NCBI GenBank assembly: GCA_963695875.1 | Contig: CAVOID010000003.1 | Location: forward strand, 224,001 to 288,000 | Origin: an uncultured delta proteobacterium | GTDB lineage: Bacteria > Desulfobacterota > Syntrophia > Syntrophales > UBA2185 | Length of the DNA: 64,000 nt | Reading direction: 5' to 3' | In this document: in pieces, positions 1 through 10,283 of the stretch | How the letters are laid out: every line of letters starts with the position of its first letter | Numbering within the stretch: position 1 is the stretch's first letter | Notes under the pieces: generated by a model | What the model was told of the DNA's origin: nothing | The model's input: only the letters and a program-made list of their open reading frames with translations | Database searches by the model: none | Position numbers and translations under genes: made by a program

Positions 1-438
1 GCCGCTGTTGCCCGTATGTCCCACGACACTCGATATATTAATGATGCGACCTCCTCCCTGACGCAACATGAAGAGGCGGATGATCCGTTTGGTCAGGTAC
101 CAGGTTCCGCGCGTCACGGCTCGCTGTGCATCATATTGCTCAATTTTCATGCTGTTGATGTCGGCGTTCACGGATACATCCGGCATTGTTCACAAGAACA
201 TCCACGCGTCCCGCCTTTTCCTTCACCTTGTTGACCATGGCTTCTATCTGGTTGATATCGGCCAGGTCCGCCTGGAGGAGAAACCCATCTCTGTATCTCG
301 GAAAGGAGGGCCTTTGCCTGTTCCTCACTTGATCCGGTAATGAATGCCCACCTGAAATCCTTCCGACAGCGCTCGGCAGCATGCCGCGCCAATCCCCTTT
401 CCGCCGCCGGTTACAATTGCCACGGGTTTTCCGCTCAT
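1..438 (-). CDS. Short-chain dehydrogenase / 3-oxoacyl-ACP reductase (FabG-like), N-terminal part; runs off the window edge; frameshifted
   Basis: Reverse strand reads MSGKPVAIVTGGGKGIG (TGxxxGxG), then ..GRVDVLVNNAG; ATG overlaps the fabA stop (ATGA). Confidence 0.85.
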
Positions 439-1036
439 GAGCTTCCTCTCATAATTCCACCGACAGAGTTGGCGGATCGCTTCGGGTAATCGGGATACAC
501 AATACCCTGGAATACGCCGGTGCGGGCGTCTTTGACTTGGCTATCAATTCGTTGTCCACAAATATACTTGCCGTCGGCAATGGCGATGCTTGCCCCTGAG
601 TCTTTCAATTGGGAGAAGCGTCTCACTTCTATCTCATACCGGACACATTTATTGTAAGGGCGGATCTGACCGCTGAAAGTAACCTCACCGCAGCCCAGCG
701 CCCTGCCGGCACCCAAGGCACCCCGCCAGACGCAGTAGAAACCCAGCAATTGCCATACTGCATCTACACAGAGGCAGCCCGGCTGAACCGGATCCCCCGG
801 CATATGGCATTGAAAATACCAGGCGTCCAGTCTGATGTCCTGCTCGGCCACTATTGAACCCTGTCTGCCGTATACTCTTGCATGACAGGATACGATCCAC
901 CATGAGGAAGGGAGGCGCCGGCAAACGGGCTTCAAATCCCGCAGGCGGGTCATCCACCAGGCGTTCCATAAGCAAATGCGATAAGATCTTCCATGCGAAA
1001 ATAATGGCGATCCTTGAATTCTTCATACGTCACCAT
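435..1036 (-). CDS. fabA: FabA-type 3-hydroxyacyl-ACP dehydratase/isomerase (frameshifted)
   Basis: LPAPPFLMVDRI and WYFQCHMPGDPVQPGCLCVDAVWQLLGF (His plus FabA-type Asp), split over ORFs 685..1026 and 435..953. Confidence 0.85.
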
Positions 1037-2030
1037 TTTTCTTCCACTTTAAGAATCATATGAACCCAGGACAATCCCGCTCCGACAATTGCTAATGCCA
1101 CATGATCGCCGGGCCGAAGGTCATTCCAGTGCTGGCTTAGAACAGTCGGTGCCCCTGCACAACCTGTGTTTCCAAAATACTCCACATTGTGCCAGTGATT
1201 ATGTTCAGGAATTCGAGAACGTTCACAGACTGTTTGCAACATGCCCATATTAGCCTGGTGGCCTATAAAGATAAAACGATTGCCATTCATGGAATAGGAT
1301 CCTTGCAGCAGGCGTACGGAATCGGTCGTTTTGCGAATGGCAAAACCCTGTACGGCATTGCCGTCCTGATAGAAATAGCCCGTCCAGGAAATGCCCACCT
1401 TTTCCCATTCGGACGGCTTTGTGTCATAATGAGCACGATATGAACGCGGCACGTGACGGGACGGTGGCTGATACGACGGCGGCAGAACTCCCATCACCGA
1501 AAAGTACGGCAGCTTTCCGATCGGAATAATCTACCCGGCGTGTGAGGTTTTCCGGATTGACCACTAAGACATAGGGAGGTAAGGCATCCGGCCTCATGCC
1601 GCTGAGAAAATTGATCTGCGTGCCAAAGGTGGTGCAGGCCGAGTTCAGGTCAAAGCAGGGGACCTCGATTCCCAGTTCCGCCGCGACGGCCGAAGCCTCT
1701 GCGGGAGCCGCGACATTCCGTAGAACTACTTCCCGAAATTACGAGCCCGATATCTTCGGCCTTGATTCCCGCCCGGTCAAGGGCTATACGGGAGGCCGCT
1801 GCGGCTAATTGGGCGTTACTGTATAAACCCGCCTCAAAGGCCGCTTTCGGTTCTTTGTTTTTTGTATTCTTAATGTAATCTAAAGGAAGGACCGTACGGC
1901 GTGTTATAATGCCCACTCTCTCTAAAATCCATTCCTCAGTTGTCCCGATATCCAAATCCACCAGGAATTGATTGGTGATGACGTTTTCAGGGTGAAAATG
2001 GCCCATGCCGTGAAGATAGAGTTTGCTCAT
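1030..2030 (-). CDS. 3-oxoacyl-ACP synthase III family (FabH-like), frameshifted
   Basis: TTEEWILERVGI, FDLNSACTTF (catalytic Cys), GHQAN and GNTG motifs across ORFs 1650..2030 and 1030..1497. Confidence 0.85.
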
Positions 2031-3226
2031 ACAATCTCCCTGCCGATAATCATGTTCTGGACTTCCCGCACACCCTCGTAGATATCAATGATGTGTGCGT
2101 CCCTTGCCAGTTTTGATATTTCATATTCCTGCATGAAACCATAGCCGCCGTGCAGGTGAAGGCCTTCGTTCGCGCAGAAAAGTGCGGCCTCCGCGGCAAC
2201 ATTCTTTGCGAGGGAGGCAAAAATACCTCTGTCTTCCGATCTCTCCTGAACCTTGAATGCGGCCTTGAGCAGAGCCATTTCTGAAAGCTCCACCTTCTTC
2301 CACATCTGTACCAGTGTTTCTCTGGCAACGGGAAGGTCACAGATCCTCTGGCCGAACTGCTTGCGTTCTCTTGTATAAGCGAGTGTGACATCCAGCGCCC
2401 TCCTGGCGAGGCCGACACCAATGGCCGCTACCATGGGCCGTGCATAATCCAGAACGTCTATTACATACTTAAATCCCTGTCTCCGGTCACCGATGATCTG
2501 GTTTTCCTTAATAACAACATCTTCGAAGGTAACAGCGGCTGTGTTTGATAAGCGTTGTCCCAGTTTGTCTTCCGGCTTGCCTATGATGATCTTTCCCCCT
2601 CCCGGTAGGGTTATTTCCTTGCCTGCGGAGATATTTTTCTTGTCTGAAGGCAGGACGCGGTAGTGCGGGAACTATCACGCAGGCCATGAAATTACTCGAC
2701 GGTTTCCCGACCTTGCAAAATACTGTAAACTGTGAGGCATAGGAGGCATTGGTTATAAAGCACTTACTGCCGTTGAGAAGATACGTTCCATCGGCTCCCT
2801 TTTTGATAAATGTCGTCATGGCAGAGTTATCAGAACCGGCGCCCGGTTCTGTCAGACAGAAGGAGGCCAGCATGGGTTTTTCCACAAAGGGCCCTAAAAA
2901 AGTATGTCTTCTGCTCATCTGTGCCGTGCTGGGCAATGACCGTATTTGCCAAATCGTTGCACATTGCCGATGTGGAAATGCCCGTATCACCGTACGACAG
3001 TTCCTTAATGATCAGGGCCGTCGATAAAGGGTCAATTTCATATCCTTTAACTGATTCCGGTATACTCAGATTCAAAATGCCGAGATCCCAGGCCTTTGTG
3101 ATAACATCCCAGGGGAAAATCGTGACTTCTATCTAATTCCAGTACATGGGGAATTATTTCATTCTTTACAAACCTGCTGACAGTATCCACATACATCTGT
3201 TGATTATCGGAGAGAGTAAAATCCAT
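2027..3226 (-). CDS. Acyl-CoA dehydrogenase (frameshifted)
   Basis: FCLTEPGAGSD, LNGSKCFITNA, ERKQFG, LHGGYGF and IYEG motifs over three ORF pieces; start MDFTLSD at 3226. Confidence 0.9.
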
Positions 3227-3270
3227 TATAAAAATCCTTTAAAAGTTTTAGGCATAAACGCCATAAATAG

Positions 3271-3286
3271 AGCATTATCTGTGCCA
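3271..3286 (-). promoter_or_regulatory. Sigma54 (-24/-12) promoter for the ACAD-fabH-fabA-fabG operon
   Basis: Minus strand TGGCACAGATAATGCT = GG-N10-GC, 45 bp upstream of the ACAD start. Confidence 0.75.
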
Positions 3287-3514
3287 GCAGTACAGTTTAT
3301 ACGACTTTAAAACATAACACTTTATAATAATTGATGTAATGACCATTCAGGTGACAGCGTTAGAAGGTTCTCAGAGCAGTATTTTCCGGGCTTTCTCCGT
3401 GTAATTTTTTTTGCGGTGCGAATAATACTACGCAGAAGGACGGATTGTGGGTCAATAACACATTTGTCTATCTGAATAAACAAAAAAAGGTATGCATTTT
3501 ATAAAAGATTTATC

Positions 3515-3544
3515 TTGACAAGGTAAAAATATATGGAGTATCTT
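3515..3544 (+). promoter_or_regulatory. Putative sigma70 promoter of the lipoprotein gene
   Basis: TTGACA-N18-TATCTT, followed by RBS GGGAGG before ATG 3612. Confidence 0.5.
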
Positions 3545-3611
3545 CCACGCAGCAAGAGATGGATTGATTGACCAACGTCAGAAAAATTTTTTGAAAGGGA
3601 GGTAAGAATCG

Positions 3612-3870
3612 ATGAGAAGACTTATTGCAATCATTATTTCCATTCTTTTCTTGGTAGGGCTGACTTTAACGTTGGCTGGCTGCCCGTCGGCACCGGAAAA
3701 GAAACCGGCTGAGCCTGCCAAGAAGGAAGCAGCGGCACCGGCACCAGCACCTGGGGCACCCGGAGCACCCGGAGCACCTGGGGCACCCGGAGCACCGGAG
3801 CGCCCGGAGCACCGGAGCACCAGCACCAGCGCCAGCAGCGCCAGCTCCGGCAGCACCTGCGCATAAGTAA
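3612..3870 (+). CDS. Small Pro/Ala-rich lipoprotein with (Gly-Ala-Pro)n repeat
   Basis: Signal peptide with lipobox LAGC; restoring two dropped C's gives 8 GAP triplets and ..APAAPAHK* at 3870. Confidence 0.75.
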
Positions 3871-3890
3871 TATCATTAATTTTCTGAAAG

Positions 3891-3936
3891 AAAAAAACAG
3901 CCGAGTATGTCATAAGCATGCTCGGCTTGTTTTTTG
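3891..3936 (+). terminator. Intrinsic terminator (possibly bidirectional)
   Basis: A-tract, GCCGAGTATG..CATGCTCGGC stem, T-tract. Confidence 0.75.
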
Positions 3937-3967
3937 CTTTTTCTGATGAATATATTTTGTGTCTTTC

Positions 3968-3996
3968 TTGACTTCCTTATCTTTTGTCGATATTAT
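3968..3996 (+). promoter_or_regulatory. Sigma70 promoter of the two-component operon
   Basis: TTGACT-N17-TATTAT. Confidence 0.6.
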
Positions 3997-4031
3997 CCCT
4001 TCAAATACTTATCTAAGAAAAATAATGATTT

Positions 4032-5552
4032 ATGGAAGCTTTCACATTAGCAACAGTTAGCCTGATAATTTCCATAGCTCTGATTATCAATAAAAAAAAA
4101 GTTCCCACCCATCTGTACTTTGCTTTTTTGTGTCTGGCGCTTTTTTTCCATAAAGGGGGTGCCTTTTTCTATGAAATGCTTGGTAATGATTTATGGAAGA
4201 TTTTCAAGTACCTTGGGTTGATCGCCATTCCTCCTTGTTCTGTAAAGTTTATCCGCTCACTTCTTCACGAACAAACATTTTTGTCAAAAAGAGATATTAT
4301 ATCCACAACGGTGTTCAGCATATTCCTTTTCATGATTTTTTTCTCCCCCCTGTATAAGTGGGCTTATCTGGAAACATTCCTTTTGATATATACCAGTTCT
4401 ACGCTTCTTATCTGTTACATAGCTCTTATCAGCTTTATTAGAAAAAGGCCCATGGGTGTAGAAAGGACGCGAATGGTATATCTGTCAGTTGCCTGCGCGG
4501 CAACAGCAGTCCTTAGCGCCTTTGACATACTGTATTATTATGGATACGCGTTTCCTCCTATCTCAAATCTCTTTATAGCTATACTCCTCTATTTTGTTCT
4601 GATTCTTATTACACATCCTCGTCTTCCCGAATTGCATGAATTCATGGCAAGGGCGCTTGTTCTCTCCATCATCACTCTCTTTGCAACAGTTACCATTGCT
4701 CTCATTATAGGGCTGTTCGGAAAAGGGGAAAGTCCGCCCTTTACCCTTGTATTGTTGGCGTCCTTTATTATTGTTATTGCCACGGAACCTTTCAAGCTCG
4801 TCTTAAAAGCCATATTCAGCTATACATACCCGGAAGGCAAGGATATTTTTACTTCTCTTTATGCCCTTGATGAAAAGCTGGAGAGAGAAAAATCTCTCCT
4901 CCTGGAGGAAATGGCGCCTGTATTAGCTCATGAAATACGCAATCCCCTGGGTTCCATCAAAGGCGCTGCACAGTATCTCAGATCCGAATCGAATACCAGT
5001 GAGAATCAAAAGCTGATAGACGTCATAATAGAAGAAGCAGACCGGTTGAACAGCGTTGTTTCTCAATTTCTCAATTATGCCAAACCATACACCCTGAATT
5101 TGAAAATGCAGGACGTTAATCAAATTATTGAGAAGGCCATATCAGTCATCGAAGCGAGTCCCCGGTTAGATAATATTGTTTTAGAGAAAGAGTTGCGTCC
5201 CGATTTGCCTCTCATAGCTGTGGATTCGGAACAACTGGTTCAGGTTATTCTGAATATTGCATTTAACGCTATAGAGGCTATGCAGGCTGAAGGGACCTTG
5301 ATTTTCAGGACATCAAAGATTGAAAGCGGTGACGGCGAAGCAGTGGGTATTTCTATCAGGGATACGGGAAAAGGGATAAGAAAAGAAGAAATGAAAAATA
5401 TTTTCAAACCGTTTTTCACAACAAAGGAAAGGGGGGTCGGGCTTGGACTTGCCATCTGCCAGAGGATCATTAAGAATCATGGCGGCCACATAAAGGTCAA
5501 GTCGATCCCCATGCAGGGGAGTATATTTTATATCAGGCTGGGTGTGACATAA
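4032..5552 (+). CDS. Multi-TM sensor histidine kinase
   Basis: Hydrophobic N-terminal half; H-box LAHEIRNPL, N-box NAIEA, DTGKG, GLGLAI. Confidence 0.95.
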   Translation: MEAFTLATVSLIISIALIINKKKVPTHLYFAFLCLALFFHKGGAFFYEMLGNDLWKIFKYLGLIAIPPCSVKFIRSLLHEQTFLSKRDIISTTVFSIFLFMIFFSPLYKWAYLETFLLIYTSSTLLICYIALISFIRKRPMGVERTRMVYLSVACAATAVLSAFDILYYYGYAFPPISNLFIAILLYFVLILITHPRLPELHEFMARALVLSIITLFATVTIALIIGLFGKGESPPFTLVLLASFIIVIATEPFKLVLKAIFSYTYPEGKDIFTSLYALDEKLEREKSLLLEEMAPVLAHEIRNPLGSIKGAAQYLRSESNTSENQKLIDVIIEEADRLNSVVSQFLNYAKPYTLNLKMQDVNQIIEKAISVIEASPRLDNIVLEKELRPDLPLIAVDSEQLVQVILNIAFNAIEAMQAEGTLIFRTSKIESGDGEAVGISIRDTGKGIRKEEMKNIFKPFFTTKERGVGLGLAICQRIIKNHGGHIKVKSIPMQGSIFYIRLGVT

Positions 5553-6919
5553 TGGATAAAATTCTTATTGTTGATGATGAACTCAATATGCGGCTGGTCT
5601 TGAAGGCCCTGTTGAATAAAGAAGGGTATGATGTAGCCACGGCATCGGATGGCCTTGAGGCTTTGAAGATCCTCAAGAACGGGGATGTGGAAGTCGTTGT
5701 GACTGATCTGAAGATGCCTAAACTGGATGGAGTGGGCCTACTGGAAAGAGTAATTCGCGATTATCCTTCCACGCCGGTAATCATTATAACCGCTCATGGT
5801 ACAATTGCCACGGCGGTGGACGCATTGAAGAAGGGTGCCTTCGATTATATTACGAAGCCGTTTGATCGGGATGAATTAAAAAATATAATCCATAAGGCCA
5901 TAAAGACCCGGCGCTTGAATGAAGAAGAACTGTTCGTCAGTCCCGATGAGATAGACCGGCAGGGGATAGTGGGATCAAGTGAACCCATGGTGAAAATATA
6001 TGATACCATCAAGAAGGTAGCCCCGACGTCGACAAGCGTGATGATTACGGGTGAAACAGGTACCGGTAAGGATCTCATAGCCTATGCCATTCACAGCAAC
6101 AGCCCCCGCAGGGATAACCCGTTTGTTAAGATTAATTGTGCCGCCATCGCGGAGAACCTGATTGAAAGTGAGCTTTTCGGCCATGAGAAAGGGGCCTTCA
6201 CCGGGGCGGTGTCCATGAAACCGGGTAAATTCGAACTGGCAGACAAGGGGACCTTGTTTTTGGATGAAGTAGGAGAGATCCCCAGGGACATGCAGGTGAA
6301 ACTCCTCAGGGTAATCCAGGATCGCGAATTCGAGCGGGTCGGAGGGTTGCGCATAATCAAGGTAGATGTCAGGTTAATTTCGGCGACAAACAGGAATCTT
6401 CTTCAAGACGTAAAAGACGGGAGATTCAGAGAAGATCTTTATTACCGGCTTAACGTTTTCCCCACACACCTGTCTCCCCTTCGGGAAAGGAAAGAAGACA
6501 TTCTTCCGCTAACCGACTACTTTATCGACAAATTCAATAAAAAGTTAGACAGGACGGTTAAACATATCGATCCACGAGTGAAAGAAGTCCTTGTTAATTA
6601 TGATTGGCCTGGCAACATCAGGGAACTGGAAAATTTCATAGAACGAATTGTTCTCATGGCAGGTACTGATACGATCACTTTCGAAGATATCCCCCCGGAA
6701 TGGAGATCGGCCGCCGAAGCTTTCTCTGTTTCCGCAAGAACGGGACAGAAAAAACCCTTTAAAGATTTCGTGAAGAGTCATATGGAAGAGGTGGAAAAGC
6801 AGACCATAATACAGTGTCTGGAGGAGTGCGGCGGCAATGTTACAAAGGCGGCCCAGCGTCTCGGTCTCAGCAGGAAGGGGCTGCAATTGAAAATGATAAA
6901 ATATAACCTCCGCAAATAA
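5552..6919 (+). CDS. Sigma54-dependent response regulator (NtrC/AtoC family)
   Basis: Receiver domain, GETGTGK, GAFTGA, Fis-type HTH. Confidence 0.97.
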   Translation: MDKILIVDDELNMRLVLKALLNKEGYDVATASDGLEALKILKNGDVEVVVTDLKMPKLDGVGLLERVIRDYPSTPVIIITAHGTIATAVDALKKGAFDYITKPFDRDELKNIIHKAIKTRRLNEEELFVSPDEIDRQGIVGSSEPMVKIYDTIKKVAPTSTSVMITGETGTGKDLIAYAIHSNSPRRDNPFVKINCAAIAENLIESELFGHEKGAFTGAVSMKPGKFELADKGTLFLDEVGEIPRDMQVKLLRVIQDREFERVGGLRIIKVDVRLISATNRNLLQDVKDGRFREDLYYRLNVFPTHLSPLRERKEDILPLTDYFIDKFNKKLDRTVKHIDPRVKEVLVNYDWPGNIRELENFIERIVLMAGTDTITFEDIPPEWRSAAEAFSVSARTGQKKPFKDFVKSHMEEVEKQTIIQCLEECGGNVTKAAQRLGLSRKGLQLKMIKYNLRK

Positions 6920-7139
6920 AACATGGATAATCCGCAGGAATATATCACGCTAAAAAAATCTCGGAGACAGACCTTTGAAAAATTGCTTTAATGTTCAGTG
7001 CAAGGAGCATAGTGATATGGCAGTCTCTCTCAGTATCAGTAAATTATGAGATTGCTTTGCTTCGTTCGCGATGACAGGGGGGAAATCTTCCAGAGTTTTT
7101 GCGTAAATCAAAACTACCTAAATTTACCAGGAGGGGAGA

Positions 7140-8123
7140 ATGAAAACGTTGATCTTCACGAAGAAGGATGTACAAAAAGTGCTGACGCCGGCATTGGCTA
7201 ATAAGACTGTAGAAAAGGCGTTCAAGGCGTATGGCCTGGGCCAGGCCGATATGCCGGCCAAGAGCTATCTTTACTTTGAAAAGGGAGATCTGCGTGCTAT
7301 GCCGGCTTACATTCACGGCCAGGGTTTTGATATTGCCGGGATAAAAAGCGTAAATGTGCACCCCGAGAACGCCAAATATGGCCTTCCGACAGTCATGGCG
7401 GTGATCATCCTTGTTGACCCCCAAAACGGATATCCTCTCGCAATATTAGATGGTACATACCTGACGAGCATCCGCACCGGCGCTGCGGGGGCGCTGGCGG
7501 TGAAATTCTTAAGCAGGAAGAACGCGAAGGTTGCCGGATTCGTCGGTTGCGGAGTCCAGGCGCGCACGCAGCTGATGTGCATTCTTGAGGTGCGGAAGCT
7601 AAGGACCATTAAAATATGGCAGTTTAAACCTGAGGACGAGTATGCACCCCGGTTCAAGGACTGGGCGGAAGAAACATATGGATTGGAAACAGCCATCTCG
7701 CCGGATATCGATGAAATAACAACCGGTGTTGATATCCTTATCACTTCTACGCCATCCCGAAAGCCCCTGGTATACGGTGTTTCTCCCGGCACCCACATCA
7801 ATGCCGTCGGCGCCGACGCTGAAGGGAAGCAGGAGATCAATCCGAAGATATTGAGACAGGCGAAGCTGGTCATCGATGACTGGGCCCAGGCGTCACACAG
7901 TGGCGAAATCAATGTACCTTTCCGCAGGAGACAAATTACCGAGAAAGATGTCTACGCGGGACTCGGAGAAGTCGCCGCCGGAAAGAAAAAAGGAAGAACA
8001 TCAGACGAAGAAATCACCATCTTCGATTCCACTGGACTGGCTATTCAGGATGTATCCTGTGCGTATACCGTTTATGAAGCACTTAAAGACAAACCGGGAA
8101 TTAAAAAGATTGAATTGTTTTAG
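7140..8123 (+). CDS. Ornithine cyclodeaminase/mu-crystallin family; archaeal-type alanine dehydrogenase-like
   Basis: GDLRAMPAY, GIKSVNVHPEN, RTGAAG, GCGVQA, FDSTGLAIQD. Confidence 0.85.
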   Translation: MKTLIFTKKDVQKVLTPALANKTVEKAFKAYGLGQADMPAKSYLYFEKGDLRAMPAYIHGQGFDIAGIKSVNVHPENAKYGLPTVMAVIILVDPQNGYPLAILDGTYLTSIRTGAAGALAVKFLSRKNAKVAGFVGCGVQARTQLMCILEVRKLRTIKIWQFKPEDEYAPRFKDWAEETYGLETAISPDIDEITTGVDILITSTPSRKPLVYGVSPGTHINAVGADAEGKQEINPKILRQAKLVIDDWAQASHSGEINVPFRRRQITEKDVYAGLGEVAAGKKKGRTSDEEITIFDSTGLAIQDVSCAYTVYEALKDKPGIKKIELF

Positions 8124-8127
8124 TTCA

Positions 8128-8643
8128 GTGATACCTGGCCTTTTTCAGGGCAAAGCCTTAGAAAAAGAACTCCGCTGCCTGGCGGACAGTGTGCGAAAAA
8201 CCACATCCTATCTTCGCCCGGAACTGCTGGATCACCTGGGACTTATCCCCACCCTGGAGTGGTACATCCAAGAGTTCTCCGAACGACGTCCTGAAGTTGA
8301 AGTGGATTTTCAAACCCTCGGGTTGAAGAAAAGGCTGAGTCCTGAAATTGAAATCGTCCTCTACAGGATCTTTCAGGAATGTCTGACCAACATTGCGAAA
8401 CATGCAAAGGCAACCCGGGTGGAGATTATGCTCACGTACAGCCATCCGCGTGTGATTCTTATCATCCGGGACAATGGTGTCGGGTATGAACAAAAGCGGC
8501 TGGAGTCGGACCGAAACGTTGATTCCAGGGGCATCGGACTTCTCAGCATGAGAGAACGCGTTGCATCCCTTGGAGGTTCGATTGATGTAACCTCTGCCCC
8601 CGGAAAAGGAACAACAATCAGAGCGGATATCCCGGTAGTGTGA
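8128..8643 (+). pseudogene. N-terminally truncated HisKA_3-type sensor kinase (HATPase part only)
   Basis: LRPELLDHLGL, QECLTNIAKHA, DNGVG, GIGLLSMRER present; no sensor domain or ELHD H-box between this and the upstream gene. Confidence 0.75.
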
Positions 8644-9312
8644 ATGAAAAATATTCAGATCCTGATTGTAGATGATCACGCCATTGTGCGCGATGGGCTC
8701 AGGCAATTGCTCAGCAGTCAGCCTGACATGGAGGTGGCCGGCGAAGCGGAGGACGGTCATGCTGCCTTGAAGAAGGTGAAATCCCTTCACCCGGACGTTA
8801 TTCTACTGGACATTGCCATGCCTCGCCTGAGCGGTCTCGAGATCATCGGCATCATTCGCGAAACGGCGCCGGAAACTCAGGTTGTGGTTTTGTCGATGCA
8901 TGCGAAGGAAACCTTCGTCCAGCAGGTTCTGGCGGCGGGTGCCATGGGGTATGTCCTGAAGGCATCTCCCAGCTCAGATATCCTGGAGGCTATCCGGGCG
9001 GCGAACCGCGGCGAATACTATCTCAGTTCCCGCCTGAAGGCGGAGGTGATCGGCAGGTATCTCAAGAGCAGGCAAAGTGCACCTTCAGTTCGCGGGTACG
9101 ATCTTCTTACCGAACGGGAACAGCAGGTATTCCGTCTGGTGGCGCAAGGCCACTCCACAGGCCGGATTGCAGAAATCCTATGCGTTAGCCCCAAGACCGT
9201 GGAAAAGCACCGCACCAGCCTTATGAACAAACTGGGTGTGCACGACCGCCTGGAGCTTCTGAAATACGCCATCAAAATCGGCGTCGTCGACCCGGAGCTG
9301 TGGGAAGATTAA
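8644..9312 (+). CDS. NarL/LuxR-family response regulator
   Basis: IVDDH receiver; LTEREQQVF..SPKTVEKHR HTH. Confidence 0.97.
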   Translation: MKNIQILIVDDHAIVRDGLRQLLSSQPDMEVAGEAEDGHAALKKVKSLHPDVILLDIAMPRLSGLEIIGIIRETAPETQVVVLSMHAKETFVQQVLAAGAMGYVLKASPSSDILEAIRAANRGEYYLSSRLKAEVIGRYLKSRQSAPSVRGYDLLTEREQQVFRLVAQGHSTGRIAEILCVSPKTVEKHRTSLMNKLGVHDRLELLKYAIKIGVVDPELWED

Positions 9313-9442
9313 TGTTTACCGCAGCTTCAAGTTTCTGGTTTCTATAGTTTTAAGTTAAGAAAAGAGATTATCAAGGCCAAAGGGGTCAGTCGGGTTGTAC
9401 GATTGAATTTCCGATTTTTTTGTGGGAAAGTAATAAACTATT

Positions 9443-9481
9443 AAACAAGAAAGGGTGGAGCAGTTCCCCGCCCTTTCTTGC
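9443..9481 (-). terminator. Intrinsic terminator downstream of the RRM gene
   Basis: CAAGAAAGGG..CCCTTTCTTG inverted repeat. Confidence 0.65.
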
Positions 9482-9612
9482 ATTAGAGAGTACTTGCATT
9501 ATTTGTTCTGAACTGAACTTGACCTGAAAAACAATAACAAGAGTATAAGCCAAGACTCATCAGTATCCGGTTGTCTCTTTCCTGCCACAGATCAGGATAA
9601 TGTTTACCCTCC

Positions 9613-9942
9613 TTAGTATCTGCGACCCCCTCCACTGTTTCCGCCTCTATATCCTCCGCTTCGACCGGAATCTCGTCTCGGGCCTCCCTGCTCTCTTTTG
9701 GGTCTGGCCTCGTTGACGACAATTATATTGCCGTCAAGCTTTCCACCGTTGAACATGTCGATGGCTTGACGCGCGCCTTCCTCAGTTTCCATTTCCACGA
9801 ATCCAAATCCCTTGGACTGTTTTGTATAATTATCTTTGATAAGAGTCACTGTAGCTATTTTCCCCGCGTTAGCAAAATTGTCCTTTATGGTATCTTCGGT
9901 AACATTTACCGTGAGATTGCCGACATATAAATTTTTATTCAT
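9613..9942 (-). CDS. RRM (RNP-1) RNA-binding protein with Gly/Arg tail
   Basis: LYVGNL and KGFGFVEM motifs. Confidence 0.95.
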   Translation of the reverse strand: MNKNLYVGNLTVNVTEDTIKDNFANAGKIATVTLIKDNYTKQSKGFGFVEMETEEGARQAIDMFNGGKLDGNIIVVNEARPKREQGGPRRDSGRSGGYRGGNSGGGRRY

Positions 9943-10020
9943 GTATTTTCCTCTTGTTTAAATTGTTAATGAATCTTATGAACCCCACGTTAACGATCAC
10001 CGGCACGCAGGATTATTGGT

Positions 10021-10062
10021 AAAAACAAAAAGGCACTCCCACTATTTTATGTCTGAGTGCCT
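10021..10062 (-). terminator. Intrinsic terminator of the csp gene
   Basis: AGGCACTC..GAGTGCCT stem followed by a T-tract on the minus strand. Confidence 0.7.
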
Positions 10063-10082
10063 CTTGCTTACTTCTTGTGAGC

Positions 10083-10283
10083 TTATAATGGCTTCACATT
10101 TTCTGCTGCCGGGCCCTTTTTGCCCTGCGTAACATCAAAACTGACACGCTGGCCTTCATTTAGCGTCTTGAAGCCGCTGGTTTGTATGGCACTGTGATGA
10201 ACAAACACATCGCCACCGTCATCTTTTTCGATGAAACCAAAGCCTTTACTCTCATTAAACCACTTTACTTTACCTTCTGACAT
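10083..10283 (-). CDS. Cold-shock protein (CspA family)
   Basis: [24 protein letters not shown]; 66 aa. Confidence 0.97.
   Translation of the reverse strand: MSEGKVKWFNESKGFGFIEKDDGGDVFVHHSAIQTSGFKTLNEGQRVSFDVTQGKKGPAAENVKPL

Noticed and set aside
3578..3919. Antisense ORF with GAPGAP repeats
   Set aside because: Shadow of the plus-strand lipoprotein, which has the RBS, lipobox and terminator
7048..7077. GAGATTGCTTTGCTTCGTTCGCGATGACA REP-like remnant
   Set aside because: Single degenerate copy in the window; cannot be supported as a family here
7876..8127. N-terminal extension of ORF 7876..8643
   Set aside because: Off-frame overlap with the dehydrogenase gene; no kinase-like sequence
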